From positions 45,058 to 109,057 of the forward strand of contig CAZDQB010000005.1 of the NCBI GenBank assembly GCA_964507525.1: 64,000 nt of DNA. The letters run 5' to 3'. The notes under the pieces were generated by a model. It had not been told where the DNA came from and made no database searches. It was given only the letters and a program-made list of their open reading frames with translations. Below, piece after piece: positions 57,380 through 64,000 of the stretch (its first letter is position 1; each line of letters opens with the position of its first letter). Both the position numbers and the translations under genes were made by a program. Source of the DNA: an uncultured Sediminibacterium sp. GTDB lineage: Bacteria; Bacteroidota; Bacteroidia; Chitinophagales; Chitinophagaceae.

Positions 57380-57841
57380 ATGAAAACAACAATTTCATTT
57401 GTATTTATTATCACTTTGTTAATGTCGTGCGAAGGAAAAACAGAGGGTGATAAAGCAAAACCAATGCCGATAGCAGGTACCTGGCAATTGATTACCGGAA
57501 CTGTTATAGAGAAAGGCGATACGGTTATTACCGATTACACCAAGAATGTATCCTTCATTAAGATCATCAATGATACTCATTTTGCTTTTTTACAGCATGA
57601 TTTGAAAAAAGGGAAGGATTCTGCTGCTGTTTTTGTTTCAGGAGGTGGCAGGTATTCAATTACCGGTAATTCGTATACCGAACACCTGGAATATTGCAGT
57701 GCAAGGGACTGGGAGGGTCATGATTTTACCTTTACAGTTACCCTGAAAAATGATACGCTCATTCAAAGCGGGGTGGAGAAAGTTGAAGGCTCAACAATAA
57801 ACAGGGTAAACACTGAAAAGTATATCAGGGTGAAAAACTAA
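57380..57841 (+). CDS. Lipocalin-like small lipoprotein
   Basis: 153 aa with lipobox LLMSCEG. IAGTWQLITG... is a typical lipocalin-like domain start. The rest is beta-rich. Confidence 0.6.
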   Translation: MKTTISFVFIITLLMSCEGKTEGDKAKPMPIAGTWQLITGTVIEKGDTVITDYTKNVSFIKIINDTHFAFLQHDLKKGKDSAAVFVSGGGRYSITGNSYTEHLEYCSARDWEGHDFTFTVTLKNDTLIQSGVEKVEGSTINRVNTEKYIRVKN

Positions 57842-58912
57842 CTACCTGTAGTAATGATTCACGGCATACTCAAACTGTTCAATAAACAGTTGCTTATATA
57901 AGGCAATATTATTCTGTTCATAGAAAAGGATCATCGCTTTTTTGTAGTCTATCGGTTTTACACTCCGGTAAGATAAAGGGCAATAACCGTTTTCAATCAA
58001 CAAGCCATTACCCGTAATCCGCCCGGTTCTTTTGTTGCCATCCTCAAAGGGCTGGATATAAGAGATCAGAAGCACTGCTAATAAAGCTTTTTCAAAAACA
58101 TTTGGTCGCTTATTAATTAAATGACAGGATTGCTCAAGGTATTCTCGGATTTGGTGCTGATTATCTGGCGGTGTATAACTAGTTCCTGTAATACCTACTA
58201 TTCGGGTGCGTATGTTACGACTTACTCCCAGTTCATCTATTAATAGACTGTGGATGTTTTCTATCGAAGCTACCTGCAACGGATCGAGACTTATGCGATG
58301 ATTAAACAAATAGTCCAATGCCTTTTTATGGTTGAGCAGCATTAGTGCTTCACCGTTTGTTTTTCCTTCTGCAGGAATATGTTGTTCAATTAATACTTCG
58401 GTTTCAAGAAGTGAATACGTGTTGCCTTCAATTTGAGAAGATTTCCAGCTGAGCTCTATGGATAGCCTTTCGTTTTCTTTCTGGCGCAAAACCGGTGAAA
58501 GCGTGCTGATCCTTTCCATGTGTAATGCCTGCAGATCGCTAAGCTTTCTCAGTTCTGCAGGCGTGAAAATGGAAACATCAGATAATTCTGCAAATACATC
58601 TGGATTGATACGCGTCTTACCTTTGCGTTCATCTATGTCTTTATCGAAATAAGAATCACCGATATCTGTATGCAGAAATTTGTGATCTTTCGGCACAGAA
58701 TAGGCCGTGCTTCTGCCTGTCCCACTTACTATAAGCTTTCCTTCTGTTACAAGCGTTTTTAGATACCGGTTAATAGTTGAGTGTGAGATATCAGATAATA
58801 AAACCTGGATTCCCGAGACTTGTATACCTGGATTTTCCCATATGACTTGTAATAATTGTGATATTCTGCTATTCTTTGCCACAGATAAAATTTTCATGTC
58901 AAAAATATGCAT
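57842..58912 (-). CDS. Fic/Doc-family protein with an N-terminal wHTH; the Fic motif histidine is replaced by glutamine
   Basis: The motif reads IQPFEDGNKRTGR, against the canonical HxFx(D/E)GN(G/K)RxxR. Codon CAG was verified on the minus strand at about 58046-58048. An inhibitory-helix-type motif SSQIEGN is present upstream. The N-terminal wHTH is HSTINRYLKTLVTEGKLIVSGTGRSTAYSV. Confidence 0.8.
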   Translation of the reverse strand: MHIFDMKILSVAKNSRISQLLQVIWENPGIQVSGIQVLLSDISHSTINRYLKTLVTEGKLIVSGTGRSTAYSVPKDHKFLHTDIGDSYFDKDIDERKGKTRINPDVFAELSDVSIFTPAELRKLSDLQALHMERISTLSPVLRQKENERLSIELSWKSSQIEGNTYSLLETEVLIEQHIPAEGKTNGEALMLLNHKKALDYLFNHRISLDPLQVASIENIHSLLIDELGVSRNIRTRIVGITGTSYTPPDNQHQIREYLEQSCHLINKRPNVFEKALLAVLLISYIQPFEDGNKRTGRITGNGLLIENGYCPLSYRSVKPIDYKKAMILFYEQNNIALYKQLFIEQFEYAVNHYYR

Positions 58913-58958
58913 TTTTCATGTCAATTGACATGAAAAATGCATATTTTTGACATGAAAA
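58891..58958. repeat. Perfect 68-bp palindrome spanning the Fic start codon
   Basis: The sequence ttttcatgtcaaaaatatgcatttttcatgtcaa|ttgacatgaaaaatgcatatttttgacatgaaaa equals its own reverse complement (checked base by base). Each arm holds two copies of TTTCATGTCAA. Confidence 0.95.
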
Positions 58959-59364
58959 GCCGTCTTGATGCTTAATTTTCCAGGAATTTGAAATCCTTCA
59001 CCCAAAAAAGCGAAATGGATTGCACTCATCGAGGAATACCAACATTTTTCAAACCATGACTTTGTGCATACCAACCAGCATCTTCGGCGATTTAGTAGTT
59101 AGATATCCTCGCCAGCAAAAAAGGGGAGTACCAGGTCATTGAATATTAATTTAAACAAGGGAATATTATCTGTCTGGTCCCAGGTAGTGTTCATAATTAA
59201 GCGCATCATTAACTGAAAACTTAAATGCTTCTTCGTTAGCCATACTGTTTTTTTATGATGCTGCGCTGGCATACAAGTTAAAAATAATGCTGTAAATTTT
59301 ACATATAATTCCCATAATTCTGTAAACCATGGATGTTTAAGTATCGTATCTTTGTAGTAAGCAA

Positions 59365-59751
59365 ATGAAAAAAGCCGCACTCATATTACTCCTCAGCCTT
59401 TATACCCTCTCTGTTGCGGGTATAGGCATCAGGCAGTTTTATTGCTGTGGCAAACTCAAATCCACCAACATCAGTTTTACCCGGGACTCAAAGCAAAAAT
59501 GCAAAAATGGTGATGAGAAGAGCGATTGCTGCAAAACAAAGTACCAGACCTTTAAAGTAAAAGACAGCCATATTGCTGCTAAAGATATCAGCAGCCCTGC
59601 TAATCAGTTTATTGATTTACACATTATTACTCCTTCGTTCGACATAACAGCATTGGTTACCAGGCCGGTAAATCATACCAATGAAAGTCACGCGCCACCC
59701 TTACATCATGGCGTACCCATTTATATCCTCAACTGCGTCTACCGGATCTGA
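59365..59751 (+). CDS. Small Cys-rich exported protein (resembles the HYC_CC_PP-type family seen next to metal efflux genes)
   Basis: Signal/TM segment MKKAALILLLSLYTLSVAG. Motifs QFYCCGK, SDCCKTK, HAPPLHHG. A TAtcTTTG box (Bacteroidetes -7 consensus TAnnTTTG) lies at 59347-59354. Confidence 0.6.
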   Translation: MKKAALILLLSLYTLSVAGIGIRQFYCCGKLKSTNISFTRDSKQKCKNGDEKSDCCKTKYQTFKVKDSHIAAKDISSPANQFIDLHIITPSFDITALVTRPVNHTNESHAPPLHHGVPIYILNCVYRI

Positions 59752-59859
59752 TATCAGTCTTACACTGATTTGAACAGGCCTATGTTCCAGCCTGTTGTTG
59801 CTGTTATGATACAATTACAGTAACTATTATACAATCTATACATTCAAAAACTTATCGCC

Positions 59860-60222
59860 ATGAAAACAACTAAATTATTGTTTGCAATGCTTATTGTATT
59901 TGCAACAATCCCATTTGTCAATGCACAAAGTGACAAATACGAAAGAATCATCGGTATAAAAACACAGGCCATCAAAGTAAATGGTGTCTGTAACATGTGC
60001 AAAATGCGCATTGAGAAAGCTGCATTAACGGTAGAAGGCGTAAAATCTGCGAGCTGGAATGAGGATGCAAAAGTACTTACCGTCAAATATGACCTGTTTA
60101 AGAAAGAGGCGGTCAATAATGTTCAAAAGAAAATTGCATTAGCAGGACATGATACTGAAATGTACAAAGCTGAGGATAATGCGTACCAGAAATTACACAA
60201 TTGCTGCCATTACAGAGGGTAA
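59860..60222 (+). CDS. Heavy-metal-associated (HMA) domain protein, exported
   Basis: Signal peptide, then a ferredoxin-like HMA fold with the CxxC motif (VNGVCNMCKMRIEKAALTVEGV). The C-terminus is HNCCHYRG. Confidence 0.8.
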   Translation: MKTTKLLFAMLIVFATIPFVNAQSDKYERIIGIKTQAIKVNGVCNMCKMRIEKAALTVEGVKSASWNEDAKVLTVKYDLFKKEAVNNVQKKIALAGHDTEMYKAEDNAYQKLHNCCHYRG

Positions 60223-60232
60223 CTAAGCAAGA

Positions 60233-60266
60233 AAGAAGGCGGCTATGCTAAAAGCCGCCTTCTTTT
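60233..60266 (+). terminator. Rho-independent terminator after the HMA gene
   Basis: Perfect 12-bp stem AAGAAGGCGGCT (60233-60244) / AGCCGCCTTCTT (60253-60264) with an 8-nt loop, then TT. Confidence 0.7.
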
Positions 60267-60312
60267 AACATTTAATCCGACGCATTTTTTAATCAATAAA
60301 ACCAAACAACAA

Positions 60313-60561
60313 ATGAAAAAAGCAATCATCATCCTGGGTATCCTCTTAGTGGCAACCACAGGTACTTTTGCACAGGCAAAAAAAGACAGTACTGCTAAAA
60401 AGAGCAAAATGGTTATGACCCAGTACACCTGCTCTATGCACCCGGAAGTTGTCTCGGATAAGCCAGGCAAATGCCCCAAGTGCGGAATGGCACTTGTGGT
60501 GAAGAAAAAAGAGAGCCACAAAACACAGCCCATGCACAAGAAGCCGGCAATGAACATGTAA
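60313..60561 (+). CDS. Small exported heavy-metal-binding-domain protein
   Basis: [25 protein letters not shown] is the metal-binding motif found at the N-termini of CusB-type adaptors and Cu-ATPases. Confidence 0.8.
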   Translation: MKKAIIILGILLVATTGTFAQAKKDSTAKKSKMVMTQYTCSMHPEVVSDKPGKCPKCGMALVVKKKESHKTQPMHKKPAMNM

Positions 60562-60580
60562 ACCAGCTAAACAAACAATC

Positions 60581-61858
60581 ATGGTTCAAAAACTTATTGA
60601 ACTGTCCCTGCGTAACAGGCTGGCTGTACTTATGCTTGCAGCCGGTTTGTTTGCCTGGGGGTTTTATTCAGTCAAACAAAATCCCATAGATGCCATCCCC
60701 GACCTGTCTGAAAACCAGGTGATCGTTTTTACCGAGTGGATGGGGCGAAGCCCGCAGGTAATAGAAGACCAGGTCACTTACCCATTGGTAAGCAACCTGC
60801 AGGGTATTCCGAAAGTCAAAAACATACGCGGCACTTCCATGTTCGGGATGAGTTTTGTATACATCATTTTTGAAGACAATGCAGATGTGTATTGGGCGAG
60901 AACAAGGGTGCTGGAACGATTGAATTATGCCCAGCGCCTGTTACCCCCCGGTATAACGCCCTCATTGGGCCCCGATGGAACAGGTGTAGGGCACGTATTC
61001 TGGTACACCCTCGACGCAAAGCATATGGACCTGGGAGAACAAAGGGCGTTGCAGGACTGGTATGTAAAACTGGCGCTGCAAACTGTTCCGGGCGTAGCGG
61101 AAGTGGCTTCTTTCGGCGGCTTTGAAAAACAATACCAGTTAATCGTTGATCCGTTGAAGCTGCAGTTCTACAAAGTGTCGCTGACAGACGTGATGAACAA
61201 AGTAAAAGCCAATAACAATGATGTAGGCGGAAGAAAGTTTGAAATGAGCGATATGGCTTACATCATCCGCGGATTGGGCTATATAAAAAACAAAGAAGAC
61301 CTGGAAAGTATTGCGGTGGGTAATTACAACGGCATACCGGTGCGGGTAAAAGACGTGGCATCTGTACAAATGGGTGGCGATCTGCGGCTTGGCATATTTG
61401 ATGAGAACGGAACAGGAGAAAAAGTAGGCGGCATCGTGGTTATGCGGTATGGCGAAAATGCCGATAAAGTGATCAGTGCCATCAAAAAGAAAATGGGCGA
61501 TGTGCAAAAAGGATTACCGCCGGGAGTAAGTTTTAAAGTGGCTTATGACAGGAGTACATTAATTGAAGCGTCTGTTGACAATATCAAAAACAAACTGGCT
61601 GAGGAGATTGCCGTGGTTTGCCTGATCGTGATCCTCTTTTTATTTCACTGGCGCAGCGCATTAAGCATTATCATACAAATTCCGATCACTATTGCCGTCA
61701 GTTTTATTTTACTGAATGCGTTCGGTGTATCATCCAATATCATGTCGCTTACCGGTATTGCCCTGGCCATCGGGGTCATTGTAGATAACGGGATCATTAT
61801 GTCGGAAAACGCCTACAGGAATTTATCGGCATGGCAAAACGATCCGGCTAACAAATAA
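60581..61858 (+). CDS. cusA: CusA/CzcA-family heavy-metal RND pump, N-terminal 425 aa (TM1, periplasmic PN domains, TM2-4); ends at an in-frame TAA
   Basis: LIELSLRNRLAVLMLAAGL..., AIPDLSENQVIVFTEWMGRSPQ and SLTGIALAIGVIVDNGIIMSENAYRNL are colinear with E. coli CusA as I recall it. Same reading frame as the next ORF. Confidence 0.85.
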   Translation: MVQKLIELSLRNRLAVLMLAAGLFAWGFYSVKQNPIDAIPDLSENQVIVFTEWMGRSPQVIEDQVTYPLVSNLQGIPKVKNIRGTSMFGMSFVYIIFEDNADVYWARTRVLERLNYAQRLLPPGITPSLGPDGTGVGHVFWYTLDAKHMDLGEQRALQDWYVKLALQTVPGVAEVASFGGFEKQYQLIVDPLKLQFYKVSLTDVMNKVKANNNDVGGRKFEMSDMAYIIRGLGYIKNKEDLESIAVGNYNGIPVRVKDVASVQMGGDLRLGIFDENGTGEKVGGIVVMRYGENADKVISAIKKKMGDVQKGLPPGVSFKVAYDRSTLIEASVDNIKNKLAEEIAVVCLIVILFLFHWRSALSIIIQIPITIAVSFILLNAFGVSSNIMSLTGIALAIGVIVDNGIIMSENAYRNLSAWQNDPANK

Positions 61859-61867
61859 ACAGCAGCA

Positions 61868-63793
61868 ATGAAAAATATATTCAAAAAAAACTACGTAAAA
61901 ATACCGGAAGCAGTCCGGATGGATATCATTGAACGATCCTGCAAACAGGTGTCGAGAGGGGTGTTCTTTTCTACCATTATTATTATTGCTTCTTTTCTGC
62001 CTGTTTTCCTGCTTACCGGCCAGGAAGGAAAGTTATTCGGTCCGTTGGCTTATACCAAAACATTCATCATGATAGTAGATGCTGTTCTGGTCATCACATT
62101 AGCGCCTGTATTGATTTCCTTTTTTATGAAAGGAAGGTTCAGGCCGGAAAGCGCCAACCCTGTAAACCGGGTATTGGAGAGAATCTATGAGCCGCTGATC
62201 CGGCTATGCCTCAAATGGCGCAAGACCACCATCGGTATCAATCTCATTGCTCTATTGGTCAGCATTCCATTGCTCATGAGCTTAGGAAAAGAGTTCATGC
62301 CGCCATTAGATGAGGGGTCTGTTTTATTTATGCCGGTTACTTTACCGGATGTTTCTAATGCAGAAGTGAAACGGTTGTTGCAGGTGCAGGATAAGATCAT
62401 CAAGTCGGTGCCGGAAGTAGAAAATGTATTGGGTAAAGCCGGAAGGGCCAATACAGCTACGGACAATTCTCCCATCAGTATGATTGAAACGATCATCCTG
62501 CTGAAGCCAAAAGCGCAGTGGCGAAAAGGAATGGAGAAGAAAGATATTATCAATGAACTCAATGCCAAACTGCAGATACCAGGCGTAACCAATGGGTGGA
62601 CGCAACCTATTATCAACCGCATCAACATGCTTTCAACCGGTATCCGTACAGATGTTGGGGTAAAAGTATATGGCCAGCATTTAGACACCATCAACCTGTT
62701 TTCGCAGGCCATCAAAAAAGAATTAGAAGGCATCGACGGTGTGAAGGATTTATATGCCGAACCCATTACCGGTGGCAAATACATTGATATTGTTGTAAAA
62801 CGCGATGAAATCGGCCGCTATGGGTTAAGTGTAGATGATGTGAACGCAGTAGTAGAAAGCGCCCTGGGCGGAGCAAAACTAACCACTGCCATCGAGGGCC
62901 GCCAGCGGTTTTCAGTCAATGCCAGGTTCGGACAGGATTTTCGCAACAGTATAGATGAGCTGAAGCAACTGCAGGTGCAAACCATGAATTTTGGGCCCGT
63001 TCCTTTGGAAACAGTCGCTGATATCAGGATCAGTGAAGGCCCGCCCATGATCAATTCTGAAAATGCGCTGTTGCGGGGTACGGTATTGTTCAACGTGAGG
63101 GACAGGGACCTGGGAAGCACGGTAGCAGAAGCGCAGCAGAAGTTAGATAAGATGCTGCAGCAATTGCCCAAGGGATATTTCTTAGAATGGAGCGGCCAGT
63201 ACGAAAACCTGATCCGCAGCGAAAAAACATTGAAGCTGATCCTCCCCATCGTACTGCTGATCATTTTTACCTGTATGTATTTTGCGTTTCACTCGGCAAG
63301 GGAAGCGTTCTTCAGTTTAATCTCCGTACCCTTTGCTTTAATAGGCGGCGCGTATATGATCTATTTCTGGGGGGTGAATTTATCGGTAGCTGTTTCAGTA
63401 GGCTTTATTGCACTGTTCGGACTGGCTGTTGAAACAGGAATAGTAATGGTCATCTACCTGAACGATGCCATGCAGCAATTGGTGGAACTGAAAGGGAATT
63501 CAAAAGAAACCATCACAAAAGAAGATTTAAAAGCGTACGTCATAGCCGGCGCTGCCAAACGGCTGCGTCCTAAACTGATGACTGTAAGCGTATCGCTGTT
63601 TGCATTGATACCGATCCTGTGGAGCAGTGGTGTGGGAAGCGATGTGATGAAACCGATTGTACTGCCCATGATTGGCGGTGTATTGACTTCTGCCACACAT
63701 ATACTGCTGGTTACACCGCTCATTTTTTTAATGACGAAAGAATATGAGTTAAGGAAACATGGAAAGTTGGAAGTATTAGAAACAAAACATTAA
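61868..63793 (+). CDS. cusA: CusA/CzcA-family heavy-metal RND pump, C-terminal 641 aa (TM5-12, PC domains)
   Basis: SFLPVFLLTGQEGKLFGPLAYTKTF, PPLDEGSVLFMP, NMLSTGIRTDVGVKVYG and GFIALFGLAVETGIVMVIYL are colinear with the CusA C-terminal two thirds. The ATG lies 3 codons after the TAA, in the same frame. Confidence 0.85.
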   Translation: MKNIFKKNYVKIPEAVRMDIIERSCKQVSRGVFFSTIIIIASFLPVFLLTGQEGKLFGPLAYTKTFIMIVDAVLVITLAPVLISFFMKGRFRPESANPVNRVLERIYEPLIRLCLKWRKTTIGINLIALLVSIPLLMSLGKEFMPPLDEGSVLFMPVTLPDVSNAEVKRLLQVQDKIIKSVPEVENVLGKAGRANTATDNSPISMIETIILLKPKAQWRKGMEKKDIINELNAKLQIPGVTNGWTQPIINRINMLSTGIRTDVGVKVYGQHLDTINLFSQAIKKELEGIDGVKDLYAEPITGGKYIDIVVKRDEIGRYGLSVDDVNAVVESALGGAKLTTAIEGRQRFSVNARFGQDFRNSIDELKQLQVQTMNFGPVPLETVADIRISEGPPMINSENALLRGTVLFNVRDRDLGSTVAEAQQKLDKMLQQLPKGYFLEWSGQYENLIRSEKTLKLILPIVLLIIFTCMYFAFHSAREAFFSLISVPFALIGGAYMIYFWGVNLSVAVSVGFIALFGLAVETGIVMVIYLNDAMQQLVELKGNSKETITKEDLKAYVIAGAAKRLRPKLMTVSVSLFALIPILWSSGVGSDVMKPIVLPMIGGVLTSATHILLVTPLIFLMTKEYELRKHGKLEVLETKH

Positions 63794-63797
63794 TACC

Positions 63798-64000
63798 ATG
63801 AACAGGAAAATCATATTGATACTTGTATTCGGCTGCAGCCTGCTTGCAGGAACAGCGCAAACAGTCAGCCTCGATAATATCTTAGACCAGGTGCAGCAGG
63901 CGAATCCCTCGTTAAAGATCTACGATGCAGAAATCCGTGCTGCCGATGAAACGGCCAAAGGGGCAAGGAACTGGGAGGCGCCACAGCTGGGAACCGGTTT
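63798..64000 (+). CDS. TolC-family outer-membrane efflux protein, N-terminal part (runs off the right edge)
   Basis: My translation is MNRKIILILVFGCSLLAGTAQTVSLDNILDQVQQANPSLKIYDAEIRAADETAKGARNWEAPQLGTG. This is a typical OMF start, 5 nt after the cusA stop. Confidence 0.7.
   Translation, partial: MNRKIILILVFGCSLLAGTAQTVSLDNILDQVQQANPSLKIYDAEIRAADETAKGARNWEAPQLGTG

Noticed and set aside
59099-59380. 93-aa minus-strand ORF between the Fic gene and the Cys-rich gene
   Set aside because: The sequence has no recognisable motifs and overlaps the promoter and start of the 59365 gene. A different short frame (MANEEAFKFSVNDALNYEHYLGPDR*) is only 25 codons. Neither is convincing.
60243-60582. Two minus-strand ORFs (104 aa and 78 aa) antisense to the small metal-binding gene
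   Set aside because: The plus-strand ORF has a clear signal peptide and the YTCSMHPE...CPKCGM motif. The antisense ORFs also run into the terminator hairpin at 60233-60266.

Overview
The window looks like a chromosomal segment from a Bacteroidota genome (Chitinophagaceae- or Sphingobacteriia-like). The evidence is SusC/SusD pairs, lipoprotein signals and AT-rich intergenic DNA. All family calls come from motif recognition by eye; no BLAST or HMM search was possible.

Layout:
1. 1-844: 5' part of an FG-GAP/VCBS lipoprotein gene on the minus strand.
2. About 0.9-31.9 kb: a mannoside-type polysaccharide utilization region. It holds a GH2, three GH38-like alpha-mannosidases (one fused to an SGNH esterase), a GH95-like enzyme, SusC/SusD, a GC-rich unknown secreted protein, a sugar-kinase-like/mannose-6-phosphate isomerase fusion, an MFS sugar porter and a HutC-type GntR regulator. 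Decayed paralog fragments are scattered through it.
3. 32.2-36.3 kb: a sugar oxidation and uptake module (aldo-keto reductase, enolase-superfamily enzyme, SSS symporter, rhamnose-mutarotase-like protein).
4. 36.35-57.2 kb: a second PUL headed by a divergent AraC regulator. It holds SusC/SusD, GH97, two tandem paralogous unknown ~830-aa secreted proteins, a GH3 with a PA14 insert, another unknown ~780-aa secreted protein and a GH110-like beta-helix enzyme.
5. 57.4-59 kb: a lipocalin-like lipoprotein and an HTH-Fic gene.
6. 59.4-64 kb: a copper/silver-type efflux cluster (Cys-rich small protein, HMA protein, small metal-binding protein, CusA-type RND pump, start of a TolC-like gene).

Most notable observations:
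- The unclassifiable secreted proteins at the core of the AraC PUL.
- A palindromic 14-mer (TATGTTnnAACATA), or a close variant, upstream of six transcription units. It is plausibly the GntR operator.
- A diverged ~470-bp repeat upstream of two operons.
- A perfect 68-bp palindrome over the start of a Fic gene whose catalytic His is replaced by Gln.
- A CusA gene split by a single in-frame TAA.

No rRNA, tRNA, CRISPR array or transposase was recognised.
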